A DNA stretch of 63,946 nucleotides, the filler included, from Choristocarpus tenellus KU-1152 (Eukaryota > Protista > Phaeophyceae), in the NCBI GenBank assembly GCA_964200185.2. It is 11 parts of 11 records of this genome, joined end to end, with 100 filler letters (N's around TTAATTAATTAA, not from the genome) between each part and the next. Parts side by side here need not be neighbours in the genome. Positions count along the whole stretch, not along the records: positions 1 to 2,688 come from CAXNAD020025640.1; positions 2,789 to 9,796 come from CAXNAD020006876.1; positions 9,897 to 13,145 come from CAXNAD020021268.1; 8 more parts are not named here. One strand, 5' to 3'. A program made the translations under genes and the position numbers. This document shows positions 1-11,135 of this stretch, piece after piece. The stretch's first letter is position 1. The number at the start of each line of letters is the position of its first letter. Below the pieces are notes generated by a model, which did no database searches, was not told the DNA's origin, and saw only the letters and a program-made list of their open reading frames with translations.

Positions 1-43
1 AAGCCAAAAAATCCAACTTGTCCGTGGGGGGCCAGGCGGAGCG

Positions 44-211
44 GGGGGGGGGGGGGGGGGGTCTACACCATGGTGTCCATTTGGCTCGAAATCAGGAAAA
101 GTGCATTTAAATTATTCCGTCCGACGTATGTAACCAAATCACCCAAAAATCGCGACATGAAAAAATTGTCCCCAAATGGACAGCTGCCACCCCTCTCAGA
201 TACTTTGAGAC
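44..211 (+). mobile_element. MITE family A copy (left end degraded)
   Basis: poly-G, TCTACACCATGGTGTCCATTTGG...CCCAAATGGACAGCTGCCACCCCTCTCAGATACTTTGAGAC; homologous to 4453-4633. Confidence 0.85.
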
Positions 212-486
212 TCAATGGTAGAAGGTTCTGAGTGATGGCCTGCAGTTTCACCTTTCTATCTACTCCATGGTCGTTTCAGTTGAAAATAATCTATAACCTG
301 GAGCACCATGTTCAACATGTATCTCGTTCTGAGCAAAGGTGCCCTTGATCCCATCTCCAAGCTAATTGGATTTTCTTCTCCTAGTTGTGCACAAGCTGAA
401 GAAGCCTTAACAAGAGCCTTCAATGGATATAGCTGCTGCTTTTAGATATACTCTGGAGTAGCTACTAATAATCATTTCTCTGTCCA

Positions 487-698
487 GTGTCAAAGAATCT
501 TAGAGGGTAGAGCCACGTCCATTTGGGGGGCCAAAATCCAATGTTGCAATTTTGATGTAATTTTGGGTATCATGTTTGTTAGGGGATTGTCAATATCGCT
601 ATTTTGGAGTAGGTAAGATGTCATTATGAACCCGTGGGAAGCCAAGCCCCAAATGAACAAGCAGGACAAAACTCGTACCCTCTAAGATACTTTCACTC
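487..698 (-). mobile_element. MITE family B copy (internal deletion)
   Basis: TIRs GTGTCAAAGAATCTTAGAGGGTA ... TACCCTCTAAGATACTTTCACTC; reverse complement of 28749-29007. Confidence 0.85.
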
Positions 699-968
699 TC
701 AAGAGTAGTGATTTGCACAACGGCCATCTGACAGGATTCTGAGGTACCTCCAGAGACTATTAGTACAGGATTGGTCCATTGCAAATGGATAACATTTTGT
801 CCATACAACCTCCTCCTGCTGTCTAAATAGTTGATATCCGAGGATCCAATCTAATTGGGTGGTATGTGGGTGTACATACTATGAGATAACATTATATACA
901 CCTGGGTTAACGGGAAGGGGGTGACAATATGGGTAATCATATGTCACCATCGATCTGTTTTGGATCAG

Positions 969-1260
969 GAGGATAACAAGGCAACGGAGAGAATCGCAAA
1001 CTTGGAAACAGGAGATGAGTCAGAACTTTCTCAGGTAGAAGGGGAGTCTAAGGAGATTCAGGGTGGAGGTGTGGATGTGGGCAATAAAGTAGTGAGCGAC
1101 TCTAGTAGTGCAGATCAGATGTGTCAACAAGAGCCAGCTGCCAAGGGACCCAAACTCAAGTTCTCCTCCATGAAAACTGCAGCACCTACCAACAGCAACA
1201 CAAAGCCGACTTGCTTTGATCTTAATGAAGCTCGGATATCCAAGCAGGCTCGTATTGTCG
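969..1260 (+). CDS. Internal exon of an unknown protein (acidic/low-complexity)
   Basis: Open frame EDNKATERIANLETGDESELSQ...ARISKQARIV, bounded by a TTTTGGATCAG acceptor and a GTAAG donor. No recognisable domain. Confidence 0.5.
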
Positions 1261-2211
1261 GTAAGTGTCATGTTCACCATGATGGGCAAAACTGGTATCA
1301 AAGTACCTCCTATTTCTATGTATGGTGACTGCAGTCCTATAGAGTATTCATTTTTCCTACTACAGTATACATTGCAACGTTCCTCCTGCTGCTGCCTCTG
1401 CTGCACAATATACTCAATTTGGCTTGATGTTCAATTTGCTTCAGTATAGTGTGATATCACTGATTGTATCATGAAGGCACAGTCTTCAACTACCACATGA
1501 GTCTTGTCCAACTTATACTTGCACCAGTCTACCACCACATGCCCTGCTCAATGATATGAGATACAAGAATATACAAAGGATCGATCAACCTCTTCTTCGA
1601 TTTGTTGTACCTCCAACAACCCCCCGAAATAAGAGCCCCCTTGTAACATGATGCCTACATACCATAACTTCCATTGATACACATTGCCAATATTTTCTTC
1701 TCCATTGTGCAGAGCTACGTGAGCAGATTGCAGCTCTGAGAGCAGACGATATGGGACAGAAGGGTGCAACCAAGCACACTAGTGATGTCAAGTATAAGGT
1801 GTCTACAACCTTTTCTCTGTATAACAGGCATCAGTGCACGGACTAGTGTCAACCCCTTCGTGGTGTGTCAATACTATTGAGTTTAATGTTCGAAGTAGTG
1901 TTGTTTCCCACCCTTCATAGATGTGCCTGGGATAGGAACTCCGAGCCTAAGTAAACGAGAAGTACCCAGGTTTTGCCCTTTTTTGTATTTAAAGTCTGTT
2001 TTCTAATGCCTTAAGTTCTCACCGATATTTCTATGAAGTTCTGAGTTTGACTTGACAGCGTTTATTTCTCTACTGTTTAGAACTTGTCTGGCACTTTTCA
2101 GAAAATATCCTATACGCATTTGAAAAAGAAAACCGAATTTTGTACACTCTTGTCAGCATCCAAAAGAAATACAACTCGTGTGTGCCTCTGGTTTACTTTG
2201 ACTCTGACTCT

Positions 2212-2475
2212 CACTAATAATTGAGTTCTCTCCGTTTTGAATCCATCTTTCTATTTACTTCTGTGAGCAAGAATAATCTGATAATTGGGGTTTCTCTCTG
2301 TTTTGAATCCATTTTTCTATGTATTTATAAAAGGAAACCTCACTGATAATCGACCTCTCTCCTTTGTATTGAATCCATCTTTCTATCTACTCTCGTGTCA
2401 CAATAAGAGTCACTGATAATTGAGCTCTCTTCGTTTGGAATCCATGTTCCTATGTACTTGTGTGAGCAAGACATG
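2212..2475. repeat. Degenerate tandem repeat, ~4 units of ~60-70 bp
   Basis: Recurrent ACTGATAATTGAG...TTTTGAATCCATCTTTCTATNTACT...GTGAGCAAGA. Confidence 0.8.
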
Positions 2476-2634
2476 CTCTACCACCGTATGCACTCCTCTG
2501 GCAAACGGAACCAATTCTGATAGATTTTTCTCTTCTCCTTTTTGTCGTATGTTGTTACAAGCTACACTACAATGCAGGCGTATCTTGAGGTCCTAATTAT
2601 CCTTATCAATTGCCGACAAGATATTCTGAGTACA

Positions 2635-2688
2635 GAGCCAAAGTATCTTAGAGGGTAGGGCCGCGTCCATTTGGGGCCAAAATCCAAT
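2635..2688 (-). mobile_element. MITE family B end, truncated by contig end
   Basis: GAGCCAAAGTATCTTAGAGGGTAGGGCCGCGTCCATTTGGGGCC. Confidence 0.8.
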
Positions 2689-2788
2689 NNNNNNNNNNNN
2701 NNNNNNNNNNNNNNNNNNNNNNNNNNNNNNNNTTAATTAATTAANNNNNNNNNNNNNNNNNNNNNNNNNNNNNNNNNNNNNNNNNNNN
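2689..2788. other. Artificial contig-joining linker (N44-TTAATTAATTAA-N44); identical linkers at 9797-9896, 13146-13245, 16704-16803, 22653-22752, 26363-26462, 38077-38176, 51429-51528, 55081-55180, 61049-61148
   Basis: The same 100-nt spacer with a six-frame stop cassette occurs ten times. Separate 10-N scaffold gaps at 42741-42750 and 52451-52460. Confidence 0.97.
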
Positions 2789-2810
2789 CCCCCCTCAGAT
2801 ACTTTGGGTC
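2789..2810. mobile_element. MITE family A terminal fragment at contig start
   Basis: CCCCCCTCAGATACTTTGGGTC matches the family A TIR. Confidence 0.65.
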
Positions 2811-2830
2811 TCACTGCATATCACAGGGCT

Positions 2831-5800
2831 TCAAATTCCCCAAAATGTTGCAGGTTTTTTCGTTGGTTCTGCTGTCTTATCAATACAAGTCTTGATCATA
2901 TATTTGCCAAGCTTGATAACCAAGAACCTCCTCAGGAAACGAAGACCTGCATGCTTTTCTTTCTATCCAATTACTCTCAGTTGTACTACATGGCGTATAC
3001 ATGTATATATATGTGGTATGCAAAGATCTAAAGAATTAAGAAAAAGAAAGGACAGTTATACTATCACCATAGTGCTGCTATTCAAAACTCAATTGTTTAT
3101 TCGGGGGGGGAGGCTGCAAGAGGAAGAATGGATGCTGCTGAGTAGGGAGCTTACCGGCCAAGTCCTCTGTCTTAGCATTCTCTTCTTGGATGAGCTGCAA
3201 TAACTCTTCCTCGTTTCGTAAGGGCACTGTCAATTGCTGCAAACTCCCATCATTCCTGTTGGTAGACCCCCCTTTGTGTGGCAGTCTCTCCCAATTCCAT
3301 TTCCAGACTGGGTTTCCTGGGCCATTCTCCCTTTTCACTCCTTCCTTACCATTCCTCCTCCGTCCCCACTTCCCTGCCCCCAGAAGCCTCTCCAGTGCCT
3401 CCTCCAGAGAATGGTCAGATTTCACATCAAAGAGAGATGGCATCGGAAACAGCATCACCTCAGTCACTGCCCCCACCCCTGCCCTGGCCACTGCTGACTT
3501 CCTACCCTTTCTCAGTAATGGGGAGCTACCTGTGTCACCGGTGAGTACGATCCGGATGGCAGCCACAACATCACGGATTAGAAACCTATTTGAATGCAGC
3601 TCATCTCTGACACACTTGGGGAGTGACTGACTCAGTCCTTCAAAAAAATGGTCTACTCCCAACTGCTGTTGTTGATACCGCTCAACTAGAGTGGACCTGT
3701 TTGGAACATTGTGTTTCTCTCTCTTGTTGCCATTTTTTTCTTCTCTGCCTCTTGTGTTGTCATCTAGCGGTTTGGTAGCAAGCCTGGCTGAAACTGGACC
3801 ATTCTCCTGTTTCTCCTCATCTAAATCCCTGTACGGGTCATCGCCTATCCTTCTTGTTTTGCTATTCTTGCTCCGACTGCTGCTGTCTTCCTCCCCACCA
3901 TGTGCAGTCAACAATGGGTCTCCAACACCCCCCCATATAGAAAGGGAAATAGGTAGTACACCCTGTCCTAACACTCGGATAGGGATGACCTGAATGCCGT
4001 TCTGGACAGCCGCACACACCTCCATCAAGGACAAAGGATCCTGAAGGCATCCATCAAACATCAACCATATTAGGTTTAGTGCCTTTTTTACCTGTGTGGA
4101 TGCAACAGGGTTGAATGAGACACATTTTCAAATTAAGATTTTGGGGCTACAGTCACATATCTCACAATAGTCAAACGTCAGACTATGTTGTGTTTTGAGC
4201 TACACAGTCCATTGTCCCACCAGTGTTGCTAGTGTCGGCACAGGGTCTTCAAAGTGGGGAAGGTTTCAACCATCTGCAGTACAACAGGAGTGAATAGGCC
4301 TGACCATTTGGCAAGTAGCTCCCCTTCATAGCATGCGTAGATTGTCAGCATTTCGTCAGACGATACTTGACCACCATGGAGTACAATTTTTTTATACACT
4401 ACTTCAATGGACGACAGTGAAACAGAGGAATCACAGGTTCGATTATCAATCAGACCCAAAGTATCTGGGAGGGGGGGGGGGCGTCTACACCAGGGTGTCC
4501 ATTTGGATCAAAATCAGGAAAAGTGCTTTTACAGTATCTATCCGATGTATGCAACCAAATAACTCAAAAATCGCGACATACAAAAATTGAACCCAAATGG
4601 ACAGCCGCCACCCCCTCCCAGATACTTTGAACCATCAATCACTTGGAATGTTATCCTCCTGAAGCATGTGGGCTTTCCCTGGAGATTCAGATCTTCATAG
4701 TGCATCGAAGATGTCTTTAACTTCAGGGTAATTTGTCGCCAATAGGATATGGGGAGTTGAAGGTCTGATCTCCTACTACATAATGTATTTTACAAAGTCA
4801 GCACTGGTCAATCCTCGTGGATGAATATCTGCTTGGGTTATTATCATACTTTAACTCTCACACCTGTCCAGGCAAGACCGAATCCTAATATAGGATGTAA
4901 GGGGTTGCTAAACAGGGATGAGGGAGGTTCGCATATTCGCAATGCAGGTTCTTCTGTTGACCATGGCAGATATAAATCGACCCACCTGTGCCAAGTGTAA
5001 CTGAGGGTCAGCATCCTGACCACTCACATCTCGGAGGTACACATTCGGTAATGTGTTGTGAGGTAGTGTCCATAATGTTTGGAGGGAGTGTTGGAGACCC
5101 TTTGCAAACTTCCTTGCGGCCCGGATGAAATACATTGACTATGTGGCACAAGCAATGGTAACAGCAGGGATGTGGAGGGTGAGTCCTGCATGAATGCTGT
5201 ATGCTCAAGCTTCTTTTTTTTAGTAAACCCCAAATGCAAGAAAATGTGTATATTGTATAGTTAGCCTTAGAGCTATGGTTAGTCTAGAACTTAAGGTACA
5301 CACAGCTCCATGACTACCCTGACTAGAGATAAGCTGTTGAAAACCCAACATTAAGACTGGTCAGCAGCTACCTCTCCTGGGGCACCAACAAAACACCCCG
5401 CTGAGCGCCATCACAAATTTGACCCACTTTTCTACTGTCGCATCTTTATGGGAATACTTCGAGGTTCTCCAATTCTTTAAGGAGGAGGGAACGTCACATC
5501 AATAATAAAATCATTAGAATGTTTCTAGCAACTAGATTTCAATGAGGCATGACATGATGAGCAATAGTATGACCTTGCAAGGAGTGAGGTTGTGTTGTAA
5601 CTGACCGTAGGGAAAGAAATGTAGGCTGCGTGATGTGTCTTCAGAGCTCGTACAGCTGCGAAAGTGTAAGGACTTCCGCTCTGTTTGATCTTCTCCAGGG
5701 CTTCCTCTGTGCTCCTTCTTAGTTCGTTGAGGACATCGATAATACGATCTTGGTCAGGCTTGTTATTGATGGTGATGCGCACCAGCAATCGGCGGAGGTC

Positions 5801-6216
5801 ATCGCCATCCAGAGAACACACGATGCCCCCTCCTATGGCATTGTCTACAATCACCTTTTGGTAATTCTCAAATTTTTTACCCAATGCCTGCACCAACTGA
5901 AGGCAGCAGGAAGAGGCAAGGTAGGTGAGTGGTTCGAGTGGGAAGGCTGTCCGCTGCAACAAGTAACTCGACACAAATCTGATGGTGTTGTGATGTGTCG
6001 GGCAATCCACAACTTCCTACCAACTTTGCTACCTCGAAATCGCATCTCAAGGAGCTCATGGATTCTCTTCAAAATACAATTGAACTTGTCGTACTATTAC
6101 AACAGGTAAGTGTAATATGAAGAAAGACCGCAACAACCTCTCACCAAGGTCGCGAGGTCCGCGGGGTTCAAGTCCCGTACATCGTACCAGTTGAGGTCGC
6201 TGCGCAGATTTCCCAT
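2831..6216 (-). CDS. SAM-domain + TIR-domain protein with N-terminal myristoylation consensus; exons 6216-6145, 5896-5606, 5138-4986, 4091-3155 (or to the stop at 3078), putative last exon 2946-2831
   Basis: GT-AG introns give phase-0 in-frame joins. MGNLRS start; SAM-like LGKKFENYQKVIVDNAIGGGIVCSLDGDDLRRLLVRITINNKPDQDRIIDVLNEL; TIR-like THHAAYISF..ARKFAKGL..VYLRD..LAQVKKALNLIWLMFDGCLQDPLSLMEVCAAVQNGIQVIPIRV. Domains recognised by eye; the last exon has a weak acceptor. Confidence 0.72.
4453..4633 (+). mobile_element. MITE family A, complete copy (181 bp) in intron 3 of the SAM-TIR gene
   Basis: TIRs GACCCAAAGTATCTGGGAGGGG ... CCCCTCCCAGATACTTTGAACC; flanked by direct repeat ATCAATCA (4445-4452, 4634-4641). 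Confidence 0.92.
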
Positions 6217-6599
6217 GCCACGACAGCGAAGTTTTACGAGGGATGCACTTCTCTGTATATAGGGGAAGGGGAGACTATTTAAACGTAACAAAACTGTAAG
6301 TTGGAAGTAGTTGGTCATGAAGGTCTCGCATTTGAAATTGACAGTTACAGGAGTATTGTCAAGTTAAAAATTAGACTAGAAATGAACAGATGGAAAAAAA
6401 TAATGTACTCATGTATACCCAAGAACACAGTGGATCTTGTCAAGTAGGAGGCAAAGACATGTCACCATGGACATAAGGGAATCTACCTGTATTCATACAT
6501 GCCACTGCTCCACTGAACGCGACATCTCATTAGAGGTGGGGGGAGGAGGTCACTATAAAGGACGCAATTTATTTGTGGGTGGATTTTTTTGTGCCTTAA

Positions 6600-9000
6600 A
6601 GCATTGCCATCTCGTGTCCACAAAGCGATCATATCACACCTCTAGCCTGTGCAACTTCCTGAGCTTGCTTTGCTGCGCCCACCGCTGGTATGAAGGACTG
6701 TTTGGCATTGAATAGACTGTCTTTGCGCGCCACTCCTTCACTATCTCCAGTCGCTTACTTCCTATACATCTAGTACCTGGAGCATCCACATCTTCTGCTC
6801 TGATCTTTCGGTTATCACCTGCCTGAACGCACTCCATCCTCAACTCGTTTGTCTTGGGGCAATCATGCATGCTTACCTAATGCCATATGTTGAGAAAGCA
6901 CTCTCAATGAGTTGGTGCATTGGAAGAGAGTAGATATTCTCCATACATAACTCATAGAGTCTTGGGTGCTTCCTCACAGCATCCTTCGTTGGGTCATACT
7001 GCCTCAACTCCTCCCTCAACTGGACCTTCAGTTGCAACCAGACTAAAACACCCGAGTGTAAGCCGCTCCTTCTTCAATATCTCCAAGGCATCCCTCCACT
7101 CAGTACGAATCTGGGCGAAGTTCGCCCATATGCGCAGGGTTACCTACATGCCTAGACCACATGTTATCGCCATTGCCAAGCTCCTTGATGAAAAGAAGTG
7201 CAGCTACCCCATCTGATCCCAATGCCCGCCGATAGGTGGCTTTCCCCCGCCACTGGCCCACATAGAAAAGCAATCAAGTCTTGCTATTGTGTATGTTACC
7301 TCATGAGAGGCAGCCAGGAACTGGACACCACATCAGTTTATATGGGATCGAAATATTCGACTACAATGTGGAGTGCTACAGCTTTCTGCCCTCATGTCAT
7401 TATTTTCATTTTTTCCCGCCTTTCAGTTCAAGGGGTGATGAAATCATCTAGAGATGTGAAATCAAAGGGACGGATTGGGTCAGGTGGCTGACAAGACTCC
7501 AACAACATTGTTGGGCATTTCTAAAGGTGGGGCACCTACATCTTAATAAACGTTGCGGAATATGATCGTCCATCATGATCCTTACTTTCCTTGCTCCAAT
7601 AGGTGTTTTTGGTGATTCTATCAGAACAGTGTGAATACTGTTGTGGCAGAAAGGAGGGGAGAAATGAAGCCAATCGATGTGAGGAACAACCAACTCCATC
7701 CCAGTAGGCAGCAGCATTAGGCAAAGATAAGAGATATATTTGTTAATAGTTTTAGCACACACCCTACAAAAGGGAATACTAGCAGCAAAGAATACACTAC
7801 TTCAAAGTATGTACTGGCAATATATGATGGGTTGATGTAGATCTTTATACACTTCCACACTCAGACACATACATGCCCTCAAAAATAATACACCGATCAG
7901 CACTGCCTTGGCAGGGAAGGAACCTTTTCAAGGCAACCTCCTTACAGTCACTGCTAGCATTTTCCAGATCTTCCTTCCCTCAAGATACATTTGCCACTGC
8001 TGGAACAGTTTCCACTTAGTGTGGAGGCATCCAGTCAGCAGTGGCAACCCCATTGTTTCTTCTCATGGACCGGAAATCCAAACTCTTGAGCTCTACACAA
8101 TCATAGAAACTCATAATCCAGGGTACATTGGTTACTACAACACCACCATCCTAAATCTCTTCCAGCCAACTACACTCCTTTACACAGACGGGAAAAAACA
8201 CAACAAATTGATCGCCTTCGCAATGTTTTACGCACAAGGTGAACTGTACGGAGGAATCAGATAACACCAGCAATAATAATGCTCCCCCTCTACCTTGCAA
8301 TGGGTGTGTCAACACAACAAACTGCCTACAACGGCAGGGGCACAACGAATACGAACCCAACCTACGGTGCAACTGGTGTAGCCTAAAACAAGAGAATGTC
8401 CCATTGGCAACAAACCACCCCTCTTGCATGCAAAATCCCTTCTCTCTCTATACATATCTCCGATAATCTTTTTGGGGTCTCTGGGTCATCCTCTTCGCAA
8501 CTCGGAGAGTTCCATTCCAGGTTCACATTGCTGCGCCTCACTATCACGGTTTCTCAAAGAAACGTCCTGTGATAGATAGGTGTTTGTTAGGTTTGAGGGA
8601 GGGCAGGCAAGGGTTGTACAGAGCAAGTCAGTTTCAGACTTAGAAATGCACTTCAAGTCGCAAGCAATAGGTGACGCCACATCATTCCTGATAGCACGAG
8701 CTCACATACACACAGCTCTTGGGGGGGGCAAGAGCAGTAACTGTCTCTTCCATGAATATTAACAGTACCACACACAATTGCAATTGGCACTTGTCCCTTT
8801 ACACAACCACTACAGTGGGGCAGGTAAACGGGTCAAGCAAATGATCACAGTTTCACTAATGGCGATAAACTCTCCTCAGCTGTATCAATATCACCACCTC
8901 AGGTCAAGGCAATCCGCCAAAAGAGAAGAGGCATAGGGGGGCACCAAGCACTTCAAGTAGGACACAGTCTGGAGCAAAGCACTCTGCGCATTACACTGCC
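6600..9000 (-). pseudogene. Highly degenerate non-LTR retrotransposon reverse-transcriptase remnant
   Basis: Frameshifted RT-like motifs on the minus strand: DFTSLDDFI (~7435-7465), FCHNSIHTVLIE (cf. NAFNSIxRxxVLxE), PTGMELVV. Many stops; boundaries approximate. Confidence 0.35.
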
Positions 9001-9896
9001 CACTCCCTTCTTCCTGTCAGGCTTTGTCTGCTCTCCCAATCACCACTGCCGTTGCCGTGTCGGTTATCAATACTACATACATGCGTAAACAACCTCCCCT
9101 AACCTTGCCCCCAACCACAGTGTCACTTGCAAAAACTTGCTAGAAACAACACCGTCACATTCAGAGGACCAAGAGGCGGCCCTAAACCCCCACACGCATA
9201 CACTAAACAGAGGCTCAGAGGAAACTACCAAACAACAATGTGCAACACCTTCCTACACACCTCATTGTGGTCATCATGCTCCACAGGGAGGTAGGGGTTG
9301 TCAGGCTGGGGCCGAAACCGCCACCTGGAGGTAAGGACAAGCAAATGCAAAACAACACAATGAGACCAGGGACAGGAGATCAGAAAACGTTCCAAAACAT
9401 TAGAACAGAAGGACGCAGATTCGGACACGAGGCAAAGCGGGTCCAAACATCTGCCCAGTGTCAAACACCCAGCAAGAAAAGTGTAACCTCTCTGTACGTG
9501 TACCCTTTTTCGACACTCACCCTGTGATGACAAAAAATACCAGCGTGGCGGACTCCGTGGAGAGCTGTTGAAGCCACAACAGCTAACAAGGTGGGGGGAG
9601 GCAAACAACAACACAAAAGGTCAGGTAGGGTGAGCGGCAAAGGGCATCGGGGAAGTCAACCAACTTTTCCAAGCCCTCAACTTTCTTGGCTACACACACC
9701 CTATTGAACAGCCTTCACGGTACTCTTAGAAACGTTGTTTTTTTTTAGGGGGGGGGGTGGTTCGGTATTCTAATCCTTCCCAAGAGAAATTGCAGCNNNN
9801 NNNNNNNNNNNNNNNNNNNNNNNNNNNNNNNNNNNNNNNNTTAATTAATTAANNNNNNNNNNNNNNNNNNNNNNNNNNNNNNNNNNNNNNNNNNNN

Positions 9897-10222
9897 TCTC
9901 GACGTGCCATGCGCTTCAAACTAGAGTCACCAGGGAGATGGGCACGGAGGGGTCTGTTGGATTCTTGGGATGCCTCCCTACCTCCCCCCCCCGGGGCACA
10001 GGAGTAGGTGGATGGGAAGCACAGGAAGACAGTAGTACAATATTTGATAGTGGTGAAGTAACTGATAGAAGAGTGGTTTCCACTTACAGTGTTTTATAGT
10101 GTTCTCATGTTTAGGATATTTTATTTCTTTAGGGCAAATAACGACATATGTATGTATAGTTTTCATTGGTTTTCCCCCTGACACATCTGCAAAATGTCAG
10201 AGGGCATAATGATAAAATAAAA
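9897..10222 (+). mobile_element. 3' end of an RLE-type non-LTR retrotransposon (family C)
   Basis: Encodes SRRAMRFKLESPGRWAR then a 3' UTR ending CCCCCTGACACATCTGCAAAATGTCAGAGGGCATAATGATAAAATAAAA; homologous to 10650-11135, 43722-43760, 45006-45235, 51280-51428. Confidence 0.75.
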
Positions 10223-10649
10223 TGGTAGTACTTGAAGAATTGATCATATTTGTAATATATGTAAATGATAACTTTGTCACCGTATGATTCTATGACCGTG
10301 AGGTTGACTTAGGGAAGTGGTGAAGAGAATCATGGGGCAATGGACGAGATGAACCGTAACCATACAAACGAGCTTAAGGTTTCACAAGTCCACTGTAGAG
10401 AATTCAGAGTGGGGAGGATGACATGAGAGGAAATGTTCAGAAAATGTCAAGACGTGACAACAAAGAGAATCTTTGTTGTTCGGCATCTTTGATTGAAGAG
10501 GTATGAATAGATGTCTTTAAAAGATTCCACGCCTCAATCTCACGAAAGATCTTCCACTGAAATGCAGGATTCTTCACAAGGAACCTCAATCGGTATAACG
10601 GTATATGAAGTGGGCAGTAACAGTATGAAAAAGGCATGATGTTGTTGCA

Positions 10650-11135
10650 CCTACGTCATAATTGTAACCTCAACACCTTCGCTTTGGAAAGTTTTGGGCA
10701 CCTCGAGAAGCAAGTGGAAAGGTTTCTGGGTGAGCTAGCTACGCACGTGGTAGGGCGGAGAGGACAGGAGGTTATAACAGGAAAGGGGCTGTCAAATCCC
10801 GTCTACGACAGACAGTTTCTGTCACAACATAGGTAGCCCTATCCAGACGGGCCATGCCCTTTAAAGTGGAGCTACAAGGGAGATGGGCAAGGAGGGGCTT
10901 GTTAGATTCGTGGGATGCCTCCCTAGTCCATCATCCTGGAGTATAGGACTAAGCTGGGTTAGATGTACAGGAAGGGAACGGTGTAGCATAACTGGCAGTC
11001 AAATAGCGAATCTATGAAGTTTTTCTCATGTATAAGACCTGTGACCTCTTTAGAGGTTATTCTGACATGTAAGTAGTTTTTGCTGATTTTTCCCGTGACA
11101 CATCTCCAAAATGTTAGAGGGCATAATAAAATAAA
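10650..11135 (+). mobile_element. 5'-truncated RLE-type non-LTR retrotransposon (family C)
   Basis: NLNTFALESFGHLEKQVERFLGELATHVVG matches the C-terminal restriction-like endonuclease region (FAvEtfGxLG), followed by the same 3' UTR and tail. Confidence 0.7.

Noticed and set aside
63-251. Recurrent short ORFs with similar peptides (also 599-808, 16521-16751, 28885-29139, 51539-51769, 54881-55132)
   Set aside because: These are translations of MITE A/B DNA in varying frames, not a gene family.
2733-2744. Recurrent TTAATTAATTAA palindrome as a biological repeat or CRISPR-like repeat
   Set aside because: It is always centred in an identical 100-nt N spacer, so it is an assembly linker.
3190-3993. 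Several plus-strand ORFs
   Set aside because: Antisense shadows of the large SAM-TIR exon.
4453-4633. MITEs as introner-like intron-generating elements
   Set aside because: Copies lie within larger introns or intergenic DNA and their ends do not coincide with exon boundaries.
6158-6180. GGGGTTCAAGTCCC resembling a tRNA T-arm/B-box
   Set aside because: The stem is imperfect, there is no cloverleaf, and it is the antisense strand of SAM-TIR exon 1.
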